From the NCBI GenBank assembly GCA_947631155.1, contig CANRKG010000002.1, positions 12,325-76,324 on the forward strand: DNA of 64,000 nucleotides. Reading direction: 5' to 3'. The position numbers and the translations under genes are program-made. Under the pieces are notes generated by a model that did not search any database, was not told the DNA's origin, and was given only the letters and a program-made list of their open reading frames with translations. This document shows, piece by piece, positions 42,148 to 50,629 of this stretch (the stretch's first letter is position 1; every line of letters begins with the position of its first letter). The stretch comes from an uncultured Bacilli bacterium (GTDB taxonomy: Bacteria > Bacillota_I > Bacilli_A > RF39 > UBA660).

Positions 42148-42704
42148 TGATAAACGTCAATGATATAAAAAATGGTATGACTATTATGATAGAAGGTCAA
42201 ATCTATCAAGTAGTTGAATTTTTACATGTTAAGCCAGGCAAAGGTTCAGCTTTTATGAAAACAAAATTAAGAAATTTAAGAACTGGTGGTATTGTTGAGA
42301 AAACATTCAATACAAATGTAAAATTTGAAAAGGCAAATATTAATAAACAAAATGTTCAATATCTTTATAATACAGGAGATACATATTTCTTTATGAATAT
42401 GGAAACTTTTGAACAATTAGAATTAAGTGCTGATCAAATTGGTGATAGTAAGAATTATTTAATAGAAAACATGAATGTATATGTTATTCTTTACGAAGGT
42501 GAATTATTAGGTATAGATTTACCAGATAAAGTAGAATTCACTGTAGTTGAAACAGAACCAGCTGTTAGAGGAAACACAACAAATAATGCTTTAAAGGATG
42601 CAACTGTTGAGACAGGGTTAGTAGTAAAGGTTCCATTGTTTATTGAACAAGGAGAGAAAATTTTAGTTACTACTGCTGATGGTAAATATTCATCAAGAGC
42701 TTAG
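42147..42704 (+). CDS. efp: Elongation factor P
   Basis: INVNDIKNGMTI..GQIYQVVEFLHVKPGKGSAFMKTKLRNL and the C-terminal TGLVVKVPLFI. Confidence 0.97.
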   Translation: MINVNDIKNGMTIMIEGQIYQVVEFLHVKPGKGSAFMKTKLRNLRTGGIVEKTFNTNVKFEKANINKQNVQYLYNTGDTYFFMNMETFEQLELSADQIGDSKNYLIENMNVYVILYEGELLGIDLPDKVEFTVVETEPAVRGNTTNNALKDATVETGLVVKVPLFIEQGEKILVTTADGKYSSRA

Positions 42705-42810
42705 CTCTTTTTTTTGTTTGTGTAGATTTGATATAAAAAAATCGATTAGTCTTTTTCTTGCAAAATAAAGCTACTTGATATATAATCTAGTAGAAAAAAG
42801 AGGTGTTAGT

Positions 42811-43551
42811 ATGAAAAATCGTGTTTGCTTAATAACTGGTGGTGCTAGTGGGTTAGGAAAATCAATAGTAGAATTTTTAGCTAGTAAAGGATGTAATATT
42901 ATTATTAATTATAATACCAGTAAAAATAATGCTTTAAAACTAAAAGAAGAATTAGAAAAAGAATATAAAATTAAAATATTACCTATTAAATGTGATATTG
43001 CCAATGAGATAGAAGTAACTAAGATGGTTAATGAAATTATAAAAGAATTTGGCAAGATTGATTATTTAGTTAATAATGCAGCTGTCTGTATCGATAGCTT
43101 GTTTGCAGATAAGAATAAAGAAAATTTTATAAAAACTTTAGAAGTAAATGTTGTAGGAACATTTTTAGTAACAAAACTAGTTGGGCAAATTATGTATAAA
43201 AATAAATTTGGTAGTATTGTTAATATTTCATCTACTAATGGTATAGATAAGTATTATCCTATGTCTATTGATTACGATGCATCTAAAGCCGCTGTTAATT
43301 CTTTAACACATAATTTTGCGTTAGAATTTGCTCCATATGTTAGAGTTAATGCTATTGCACCAGGTTGGGTTAAAACAGAAAACGAACTTAAAGATTTAGA
43401 TTTAGATTATATAAAAAGTGAAGAAGAAAAAATATTTATACAGAGATTTGCTGAAAAAGAAGAAATAGCCAAAGTTATTTATTTTCTTTTATCAGATGAT
43501 TCTAGTTATATCAATAATCAAGTTATAAAAGTAGATGGAGGTACATATTAA
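42811..43551 (+). CDS. SDR family oxidoreductase (FabG-like)
   Basis: TGGASGLGKS, NNAA, and the YxxxK motif as YDASKAA. ATG 42811 is preferred over the TTG 42775 of the ORF track. Confidence 0.88.
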   Translation: MKNRVCLITGGASGLGKSIVEFLASKGCNIIINYNTSKNNALKLKEELEKEYKIKILPIKCDIANEIEVTKMVNEIIKEFGKIDYLVNNAAVCIDSLFADKNKENFIKTLEVNVVGTFLVTKLVGQIMYKNKFGSIVNISSTNGIDKYYPMSIDYDASKAAVNSLTHNFALEFAPYVRVNAIAPGWVKTENELKDLDLDYIKSEEEKIFIQRFAEKEEIAKVIYFLLSDDSSYINNQVIKVDGGTY

Positions 43552-44789
43552 TGAATGAAAAAATTTTAAAATTAGTTACTGATTGTGAAAAGAAATGTTC
43601 TAAAGAATTTTTGCATATTGATAAAATTTGTTTTAAAAACACTGAAAAAGTCTTAAAAGCATTTCATAATCAAAATATCACTGAAAGTGACTTTGCTTCC
43701 ACTACAGGTTATGGTTATAATGATATAGGTCGCGATAAAATTGAAAAGATTTTTAGTGAAGTATTAGGCTGTGAAGATGCTATAGTTAGAAATCAATTTA
43801 TATCTGGTTCTCATGCATTAACAGTAACTTTTTTCGCTTTATTAAGACCAAATGATACCTTACTATCTATTAGTGGAGAACCATACGATACATTACATGA
43901 AGTTATTGGAATAAAAGAAAATAAAAGTAGTTTAAAATCATTTGGAGTTAATTATCAAGAAATAGATTTAGTTGATAATGATTTTAATTATGAGTTAATT
44001 AAAGAAGTAATTACTAATAATAAGATTAAAGTAATAGAAATTCAAAGATCAAAAGGATATTCTACAAGAAAAAGTTTGACTTTAGATAAAATAAAAAAAG
44101 TCATTAAATTTATTAAAAATATTGATAAAGATATAATTATCATGATTGATAACTGTTATTGTGAATTTGTAAATGATCATGAAGTTGGAGAATTTGGTGC
44201 TGATATTATAGTTGGATCGTTAATTAAAAACTTAGGAGGTGGTATTGCTCCTAATGGAGCCTATGTTGCTGGACGTCATGATTTAATAGAGTTAGTAGGA
44301 GAAAGATTGACTTTGCCAGGAGAAGGAAGAGAAGTAGGACCATCTTTAGGTATTAATAAAAATATTTTACAAGGTCTATTTATGGCACCTAGTGTAGTAA
44401 GTGCTAGCTTAAAAGTAGCAACTTTAACAGCGTGTGTTTTAGAAGAATTAGGTTATGAAGTTGAACCAAAATATAATGAAGAAAGAGCTGATATTGTTCA
44501 AAATATTATCTTTAATAATAAAGATATGTTAATTAAATATGTCCAAGGAATCCAAAAAGGATCTCCAATCGATTCTAATTCAACTCCAATTCCATGGGAT
44601 ATGCCAGGTTATGATGATCAAGTTATTATGGCATCGGGTTCATTTACCCAAGGTTCTAGTATTGAAATTAGCTGTGATGGTCCGATTAGGGAACCATATA
44701 TAGCCTATCAACAGGGGAGTTTGACTTATGAATCAGGAAAAATTGCTTTACTATCTGCGATTGAAAAAATAAATAATAATATTGCATAA
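43551..44789 (+). CDS. YnbB/aluminium-resistance family PLP-dependent protein (Met_gamma_lyase-like)
   Basis: The N-terminal block FASTTGYGYNDIGRDKIEKIF..VL..EDAIVRNQFISGSHA is characteristic of the YnbB family. Confidence 0.8.
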   Translation: MNEKILKLVTDCEKKCSKEFLHIDKICFKNTEKVLKAFHNQNITESDFASTTGYGYNDIGRDKIEKIFSEVLGCEDAIVRNQFISGSHALTVTFFALLRPNDTLLSISGEPYDTLHEVIGIKENKSSLKSFGVNYQEIDLVDNDFNYELIKEVITNNKIKVIEIQRSKGYSTRKSLTLDKIKKVIKFIKNIDKDIIIMIDNCYCEFVNDHEVGEFGADIIVGSLIKNLGGGIAPNGAYVAGRHDLIELVGERLTLPGEGREVGPSLGINKNILQGLFMAPSVVSASLKVATLTACVLEELGYEVEPKYNEERADIVQNIIFNNKDMLIKYVQGIQKGSPIDSNSTPIPWDMPGYDDQVIMASGSFTQGSSIEISCDGPIREPYIAYQQGSLTYESGKIALLSAIEKINNNIA

Positions 44790-44836
44790 AATGTAGAAAT
44801 ATGATATTAGTATTATTATAGAGAGGAGTGAAAAAT

Positions 44837-45520
44837 ATGTATAATGATTACAGTACAATTGATTCAACAGCATCAGGAGTATTAGGAGGAGCGTTAGCTG
44901 GAATGGCCATGTTTGCCATAGTATTAATTTTTATTTGTTTGGCAATTTGTGTGTTGCAAATAATTGCAACATGGAAGATTCTTAAGAAAGCTAATAAACC
45001 AGGATGGGGTGCAATTATTCCTATTTACAATCAATATTTATTATGTCAAGTAGCTGGAGTAAACCCATGGTGGATTTTAATTATATGTCTTTGTCCAATT
45101 GCGAATTTGATTCCTATTTTAGGTTCTATAGCAGCTATGGCAGCTTCCATTTATTTTGCAATTTTATTATATGTTAGTTTAGCTCGTAGTTTTGGTAAAG
45201 AAGATGGTTTTGCAGTCGGACTTATTTTATTAAATCCAATCTTCAGTTGTATTCTTGGATTTGGTTCAAGTCAATATGTTGGACCTAAACCAATGAAAGA
45301 TATTATTTTTAAGAATAATGATAATATGCAATCAAATTCTTCTCCAATGAATCAAGCCCCTGTAAATCCAACACCAATGAATCCAACACCAATGAATCAA
45401 GATCCAAATGTTGGAACTCAAGCTTCTACTGAAAGTAATACTAAATTTTGTACATCATGCGGTAGTCAAATTGATGCTAATACTAGATTTTGTCCAAATT
45501 GTGGTAAAGAAACAAATTAG
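44837..45520 (+). CDS. Membrane protein (DUF5684-like) with Pro/Asn-rich linker and C-terminal zinc ribbon
   Basis: ILKKANKPGWGAIIPIYNQY motif, 3-4 TM segments, a PMNQAPVNPTPMNPTPMNQDP linker, and CTSCG...CPNCG. Confidence 0.75.
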   Translation: MYNDYSTIDSTASGVLGGALAGMAMFAIVLIFICLAICVLQIIATWKILKKANKPGWGAIIPIYNQYLLCQVAGVNPWWILIICLCPIANLIPILGSIAAMAASIYFAILLYVSLARSFGKEDGFAVGLILLNPIFSCILGFGSSQYVGPKPMKDIIFKNNDNMQSNSSPMNQAPVNPTPMNPTPMNQDPNVGTQASTESNTKFCTSCGSQIDANTRFCPNCGKETN

Positions 45521-45550
45521 GAATATTTATTATGAATATTCTTTTTTTTT
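45521..45550 (+). terminator. Intrinsic terminator
   Basis: GAATATT (45521-27) / AATATTC (45535-41), followed by T9. Confidence 0.7.
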
Positions 45551-45584
45551 GCTCATATAGTTTACTGTAAGGAGGAGGACTCGT

Positions 45585-46085
45585 ATGATTAATAAACAAA
45601 ATTTGTGGTTTTTAACATTATTTAGTTTGATTTTAGTTCTTAGCGTCTATTATATTACAATGCCTAATGATTTGTTAGTTAACAATGTAAAAGATAAGGT
45701 TACTACTAACTCAAAATCTAAAACAACAGTAAAAGAAACTAACTCGTTAGTGGCAATGAGAGTATCTTTAGAAGAAGAAAGACAAGAAGAAATGGTTAGT
45801 CTACAAGAAACATTAACAGATGAGAAAACCACGGCTGAAGAAAAAAATAATGCTTATGAACAATTAAAGTACTTAAATCAATTACAAGGTGAAGAAGAAA
45901 AAATTGAAAAGCAAATCAAAGAACAATATAAATTAGATAGTTTTGTGAAAATAGACGATAAGAACATCGAAGTAGTAGTTATTAAAGATAAACATGATAA
46001 CAGTATTGCAAATAATATCATGCGACTTGTTCAAGCTAACTACGATGATAAAATGTATATTACCGTGACATTCAAAAAAAGTTAG
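45585..46085 (+). CDS. SpoIIIAH-like protein
   Basis: N-terminus MINKQNLWFLTLFSLILVLSVYYITMP closely resembles the SpoIIIAH N-terminus (KKQTVWLLTMLSLVVVLSVYYI, from memory). Size and charged middle region also fit. Confidence 0.6.
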   Translation: MINKQNLWFLTLFSLILVLSVYYITMPNDLLVNNVKDKVTTNSKSKTTVKETNSLVAMRVSLEEERQEEMVSLQETLTDEKTTAEEKNNAYEQLKYLNQLQGEEEKIEKQIKEQYKLDSFVKIDDKNIEVVVIKDKHDNSIANNIMRLVQANYDDKMYITVTFKKS

Positions 46086-46159
46086 GCAGATTCACTGAAA
46101 CAAATTCTAACCTTTTCATACAATACTTTAGGTAGCGTATAAAAGAAGGGAAGAATTAT

Positions 46160-46366
46160 ATGTCAAAAGGTATTTTAACAAACAGAGAAAGAGAAGTCTT
46201 TGAACTTTTAATACTTAATAAAACTACAAAAGAAATTGCCAATATTTTGAAAATTAGCGAAAAAACAGTCAGAAATCATATTTCTAATACAATGCAAAAG
46301 TTAGGTGTTAATGGCAGAGCTAGTGCTGTAGTAGAATTATTAAAATTAAAAGAAATATCATTGTAA
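46160..46366 (+). CDS. gerE: LuxR/GerE family single-domain HTH regulator
   Basis: 68 aa: LTNREREVFELL..NKTTKEIANILKISEKTVRNHISNTMQKLGV. The GerE assignment rests on size and sporulation-gene context. Confidence 0.75.
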   Translation: MSKGILTNREREVFELLILNKTTKEIANILKISEKTVRNHISNTMQKLGVNGRASAVVELLKLKEISL

Positions 46367-46392
46367 AAACGTACTATAATAGTACGTTTTTT
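46366..46392 (+). terminator. Intrinsic terminator after gerE-like gene
   Basis: AAAACGTACT (46366-75) / AGTACGTTTT (46381-90), followed by TT. Confidence 0.75.
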
Positions 46393-46415
46393 CATATCAT
46401 TAACTAGGTGATATT

Positions 46416-47345
46416 ATGTTAAAGAAAAAAGCAATTAGAAAAATATTTATAACGACATTAACTGCATTTATTTTATTAGTAGCGTATTCAATTCCCAATA
46501 TGGTAGATGAAGAAAAAATAATTAAAACAAATTTAGAAGTTGAATATATAACAGGAATTGGTACTAATCATATTTATTTACTAGATAAAAATAATTATTT
46601 AGTAAAAACTAATATTTTACTGGATAAAAAAAACAAAGAAGAACAAATAAAATTATTATTAAATAATTTAATTCAAAGTGATAATGCTAAGTTTCCAGAA
46701 GGATTAAAAGCTACTATTCCTGCTAATACTAAGATTATTGATATTATTTACGATGAAGGATATGTTACTATTAACTTTAGTAAAAAATTCTTAAATGTTG
46801 AAGATTCATTAAAAGACCGAATGATTGAATCGATTGTTTTTAGTATCATGGATTTAGGTGAAATAAAAGGTGTTATTATTGAAGTTGAAGAGGAAATTTT
46901 AAAAGATTATAATAAGGTTTTAGATAAAAATATAGGAATTAATAAAAAATATGAAATAAAATCGAGAAAAAATATTAATAAAGTAGTAATTTACTATTTA
47001 GAAGATATTGATAATAACAAATATTATGTACCTGTTACTAGGTATTTGAATGATGATCGAGATAAGATTAAAATAATAATTGATGAACTAACTACTAGTT
47101 ATATATATGAACCTAATTTAATGAATTTTCTAAACAGTAATACTAAACTTATCGATTACGAAGAAAAAGAAAATGTCATGTCTATTAATTTTAATAATGC
47201 TATTTTTGATAAAGATAATAAAATAGTGGAGGAAGTTCAGTATACTTTAGCTTATTCAATATTTGATAATTATGATGTAAATCAAATTTTATTTCAAGTA
47301 GATGGTAAAAATATTGATACAATTGGTATAAAAGATTTACCTTAA
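46416..47345 (+). CDS. GerM-like (GerMN domain) lipoprotein/membrane protein
   Basis: N-terminal anchor plus two segments resembling GerMN domains (LLNNLIQS...PEGLKATIPANTKIIDIIYDEGYVTINFSKKF). Confidence 0.6.
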   Translation: MLKKKAIRKIFITTLTAFILLVAYSIPNMVDEEKIIKTNLEVEYITGIGTNHIYLLDKNNYLVKTNILLDKKNKEEQIKLLLNNLIQSDNAKFPEGLKATIPANTKIIDIIYDEGYVTINFSKKFLNVEDSLKDRMIESIVFSIMDLGEIKGVIIEVEEEILKDYNKVLDKNIGINKKYEIKSRKNINKVVIYYLEDIDNNKYYVPVTRYLNDDRDKIKIIIDELTTSYIYEPNLMNFLNSNTKLIDYEEKENVMSINFNNAIFDKDNKIVEEVQYTLAYSIFDNYDVNQILFQVDGKNIDTIGIKDLP

Positions 47346-47366
47346 AATTACTAATTAAATAATATA

Positions 47367-47394
47367 AAAGACGACTTTTAAAAAGTCGTCTTTA
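47367..47394. terminator. Bidirectional terminator between the gerM-like gene and tRNA-Arg
   Basis: AAAGACGACTTT / AAAGTCGTCTTT inverted repeat with a short loop, flanked by an A-run and a T-run. Confidence 0.8.
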
Positions 47395-47429
47395 TGCTAT
47401 ATCCGGAATTTCCGAATTTAGTATCAATA

Positions 47430-47506
47430 TGGTGTCCGCGAGGCGACTCGAACGCCTGACCGATCGCTTAGAAGGCGATTGCTCTATCCAGCTGAGCTAC
47501 GCAGAC
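47430..47506 (-). tRNA. tRNA-Arg (anticodon UCU), CCA encoded
   Basis: Reverse complement: GTCTGCGTAGCTCAGCTGGATAGAGCAATCGCCTTCTAAGCGATCGGTCAGGCGTTCGAGTCGCCTCGCGGACACCA. It has a 7-bp acceptor stem (one G-U), D-loop AGCTCAGCTGGATAGAGC, anticodon loop CTTCTAA, and T-arm GGTTCGAGTC-like GCGTTCGAGTCGC. Confidence 0.93.
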
Positions 47507-47525
47507 AGTTCAACTGACAAATAGA

Positions 47526-47554
47526 ATTATACAATATAATAACTTATTTTTCAA
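47526..47554 (-). promoter_or_regulatory. Near-consensus promoter for tRNA-Arg
   Basis: On the minus strand: TTGAAA (plus coordinates 47549-54), 17 nt, TATAAT (47526-31). It lies ~20 nt upstream of the tRNA 5' end. Confidence 0.7.
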
Positions 47555-47626
47555 GTATTTTTTTATAAACTTTATAAGGAAAATTATCTTTGTCTCTTAA
47601 TAATATATTAGGAGGTAAGATAAATT

Positions 47627-49690
47627 ATGAAAGTAGTTATGCAAGATGGTATTAAAGATTGCGGAGTTTGTTGTCTTCTTTCTATTATTAAATACTATAA
47701 TGGAAAAGTCTCCAAAGAATATCTACGTGATTTGACTAATACTACAAAAAATGGTGTTTCAGCTTTAAATTTATTACATGCAGCAGAAAAGTTAGGATTT
47801 GAAGTGGAAGCTTTAACCGGACAATTAGAACAAATAGATGCAAATAACTTACCATGTATAGCACATGTAATCATAAATAAAAGCTATCATCACTTTGTGG
47901 TAATATATGAGATAAATCATGAAAAGAAAAAAGTAATAATCATGGATCCTGCTAAAGGAAAAAGAACTCTCCTTTTTTCTGATTTTAAATTAAAAAGTAG
48001 TAATAATTATTTATTTTTAAAACCTCTACAAAAATTACCCATTTATAATTATGATAAAGTAGTAATAAAAACTATTTATGCTTTTATAAAAAAAGAAAAA
48101 ACGTATATAATATTTTTATTTCTTTTAACGATATTTTACTTTTTATTTAATGTTTTATCTTCATATCATTTCAAATATTTAATTGACTATTGTCTTAATT
48201 ATAATGTTAGTAATAATCTAGCTATCATAAGTATCATAATGTTTTTTATCTATGTATTAAAAGAAGTTGCCTCTTTTTTAAGAAAAATAATTATATTAAA
48301 ATATAGTCAAATATTTGATCAAAACATAACTACTAAAACGTTTAAACAACTTATTTTACTTCCATATCTTTATTATAAAAATAGAACGACTGGAGAGGTG
48401 ATATCGCGGTTTAAAGATTTATCTGTAGTGAAAGAATATTTAACTATTTTTATCTTATTCGTAACGACTGATCTTTTCAGTATAATTATTTTTATAATTC
48501 TCTTATTTAATATTGATAAACATCTAACTATTATTTCTTTGTTTTTACTTTTTAGTTTAATAATTACAAGTTTAGTTTTTAAAAACAATTTGGAAAAAAA
48601 GACTAACAAGTTATATCTTAGGGAAGAAAAAATTAATTCACTTTTAATTGAATCATTATCTAATGTTGATGTTATTAAAGGTATGCATATTGAAAGTCCG
48701 ACTATTAAGAAATTCGTTAAGAAATATCGTAACTTTTTAAGTTCTATTTATTCTTTATCTGTAACTACTGAATGGTTAAACACTTTAAAGAATATATTAT
48801 ATAATTTATTTACTATTATAATCTTATATATTGGGTGCAAATATATTATAAATACAGATTTAAGTTTAAGCGATTTAATCGTTTTTCAAAGTATTTTAAG
48901 TTTTTATACAAATTCATTTAATAGTTTAATTAATTTAATTAGTAATTATCCCAAATATAAGGTTTCAGTTGAGAGAATTGAAGATTTGTTTACTATAAAA
49001 AAGGAAGTATTTGAAGGTGGTAACTATTATCAACTATATCATTTAGATGGAACAATTATTTATCATAATTTAACATACTCGTATAATAATAAGATTTTGC
49101 TTAGTAATATAAATCTAAGTATAAATGCTGGTGATAAAGTATTCTTATATGGACCAAGTGGAGCCGGTAAATCAACTTTAGTAAAATTATTAATGCGCTA
49201 TATTGAAGTACCAATAAATTCAATTACTATAAATAATATTGATATTAATCATTATCATTTAAATGTATTAAGACAAAATATTTCATATGTTTCTCAACAA
49301 GAATTACTATATAATGATACAATTTATAACAATATAAAATTATATCATGAGTGTTCCAAGGAAGAAGTTAAAAAAGTTATGAAAATAGCATTAGTAGACG
49401 ATATCGCTACTGAAAATCATTTAGTAGAAGAAAATGGCTTTAATTTTAGTGGTGGTGAAAGACAACGAATAATTTTAGCAAGAAGCATTTTAAAAAAGAG
49501 TGATATATATATTTTTGATGAAGCTTTTAGTCAGATAGATGTAATAAGAGAAAAGAAGATACTTTTAAATATATTTAAATATTTAAAGAATAAGACTATT
49601 ATCGTAATATCTCATCGCTTTGATAATAAGGATTTATTTAATAGAATAATTTGTTTACAAAATGGAATTTTATATGAAGAAAAACTATGA
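47627..49690 (+). CDS. Bacteriocin-processing ABC transporter with N-terminal C39 peptidase domain (ComA/LagD/SunT type)
   Basis: C39 domain with catalytic Cys in QDGIKDCGVCCL and the HHFVVIYEI / IMDPAKG blocks, six-TM region, Walker A GPSGAGKST, signature FSGGERQR, Walker B IYIFDEA. Confidence 0.93.
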   Translation: MKVVMQDGIKDCGVCCLLSIIKYYNGKVSKEYLRDLTNTTKNGVSALNLLHAAEKLGFEVEALTGQLEQIDANNLPCIAHVIINKSYHHFVVIYEINHEKKKVIIMDPAKGKRTLLFSDFKLKSSNNYLFLKPLQKLPIYNYDKVVIKTIYAFIKKEKTYIIFLFLLTIFYFLFNVLSSYHFKYLIDYCLNYNVSNNLAIISIIMFFIYVLKEVASFLRKIIILKYSQIFDQNITTKTFKQLILLPYLYYKNRTTGEVISRFKDLSVVKEYLTIFILFVTTDLFSIIIFIILLFNIDKHLTIISLFLLFSLIITSLVFKNNLEKKTNKLYLREEKINSLLIESLSNVDVIKGMHIESPTIKKFVKKYRNFLSSIYSLSVTTEWLNTLKNILYNLFTIIILYIGCKYIINTDLSLSDLIVFQSILSFYTNSFNSLINLISNYPKYKVSVERIEDLFTIKKEVFEGGNYYQLYHLDGTIIYHNLTYSYNNKILLSNINLSINAGDKVFLYGPSGAGKSTLVKLLMRYIEVPINSITINNIDINHYHLNVLRQNISYVSQQELLYNDTIYNNIKLYHECSKEEVKKVMKIALVDDIATENHLVEENGFNFSGGERQRIILARSILKKSDIYIFDEAFSQIDVIREKKILLNIFKYLKNKTIIVISHRFDNKDLFNRIICLQNGILYEEKL

Positions 49691-50075
49691 AAGAAATCAA
49701 TTAATTATAAGTGTTTGTTTTATATTTATGGGTTTATGCTTATTATTTTTAATTAATACTTTTACTTATCGATATCGAAGTTATAAAGTGTTAGATTCTA
49801 TTTTAATTAGTGATAATTATGTAAAATTAATAATAACTAATTCTGATTTAAAATTATTAAAAAGTAGTAAAACGATTATAATTGATAATCATAAATTAAA
49901 TATGAAAATAATACATATTGAAAAAAATGTTTTAAAAAGAAAATACTATTATCATGAAGTAATAATAAAAACAAAAGTACCGCAAAAATATCATGATGGA
50001 GATTATATCAAAATAACCATTTATAATCAAAAACTACGTTTAATTAATATGTTTAAGTCTTGTTGGAAGGAGTGA
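49662..50075 (+). CDS. Small single-pass membrane protein, possible bacteriocin export accessory factor
   Basis: Overlaps the 3' end of the ABC gene; the alternative start is ATG 49674 (MKKNYE...). One N-terminal TM plus ~100 aa. No recognisable motif; the role is inferred from position only. Confidence 0.55.
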   Translation: MEFYMKKNYERNQLIISVCFIFMGLCLLFLINTFTYRYRSYKVLDSILISDNYVKLIITNSDLKLLKSSKTIIIDNHKLNMKIIHIEKNVLKRKYYYHEVIIKTKVPQKYHDGDYIKITIYNQKLRLINMFKSCWKE

Positions 50076-50077
50076 CT

Positions 50078-50218
50078 ATGAAAAAAATTAATGAAAATAC
50101 GTTAGAAAGGATTACAGGAGGATTTTCAGTTTGGGCTGCCTTAGGAATAGTTTCTATTGTTATATTCTTATCAGGAGTTCTTTCGGGAATTGTTCATCCT
50201 AAAGCTTGTAATGAATGA
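50078..50218 (+). CDS. Class II bacteriocin precursor 1 with double-glycine leader (46 aa)
   Basis: Not in the ORF track. AAGGAG lies 5 nt upstream. MKKINENTLERITGG / FSVWAALGIVSIVIFLSGVLSGIVHPKACNE. The leader fits the LSxxELxxIxGG-type consensus cleaved by C39 transporters. Confidence 0.85.
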   Translation: MKKINENTLERITGGFSVWAALGIVSIVIFLSGVLSGIVHPKACNE

Positions 50219-50388
50219 AAAATATTGACAAAGAAAAATTAAAAAATATTACAGGGGGAACTGACTATATTAGTGCCAGTATTATAAATGCCTTTGTAAA
50301 TGTCATAAAATTATTGATTGATGCAGGTGAAAGTGTTGGTTCATCAATTAGAAGAATAGCAGGAAATAATATATGTCCATTAAAATAA
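50215..50388 (+). CDS. Class II bacteriocin precursor 2 with double-glycine leader (57 aa)
   Basis: Not in the ORF track. Its ATG overlaps the TGA of peptide 1 (ATGA). MKNIDKEKLKNITGG / TDYISASIINAFVNVIKLLIDAGESVGSSIRRIAGNNICPLK. Confidence 0.85.
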   Translation: MKNIDKEKLKNITGGTDYISASIINAFVNVIKLLIDAGESVGSSIRRIAGNNICPLK

Positions 50389-50543
50389 AAAACTTTATCT
50401 GTCAGTATAAAAAAGTTATTTATTTTATAAGTGGAATTATTATCTTACCCATTATTTATTGGATTTTAACATTTATTTATAACACAGGAAATTATTTTGG
50501 TATATTTTTAAGAAATATATATAAAATTATAACAAAGTGTTGA
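50373..50543 (+). CDS. Candidate bacteriocin immunity protein (56 aa, hydrophobic)
   Basis: Not in the ORF track. ATG 50373 overlaps the 3' end of peptide 2. MSIKIKNFICQYKKVIYFISGIIILPIIYWILTFIYNTGNYFGIFLRNIYKIITKC. The call is from position and hydrophobicity only. Confidence 0.5.
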   Translation: MSIKIKNFICQYKKVIYFISGIIILPIIYWILTFIYNTGNYFGIFLRNIYKIITKC

Positions 50544-50569
50544 TTATATAAAAAAAATGTCAAAAATCC

Positions 50570-50598
50570 TTGAAATATAAAGCAAACTTTGTTATAAT
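50570..50598 (+). promoter_or_regulatory. Putative rpsU promoter
   Basis: TTGAAA (50570-75), 17 nt, TATAAT (50593-98). This shows that the ORF-track start at 50570 is non-coding. Confidence 0.65.
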
Positions 50599-50629
50599 CA
50601 TTTTTAGAAAAAGCGAAGGGAGGGAGAAG

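Noticed and set aside
47430-50543. tRNA-Arg as an integration site for a mobile bacteriocin island.
   Set aside because: The cassette lies on the 5' (promoter) side of the tRNA, not at its 3' end. No integrase or recombinase gene was seen, and no direct repeat of the tRNA 3' segment.
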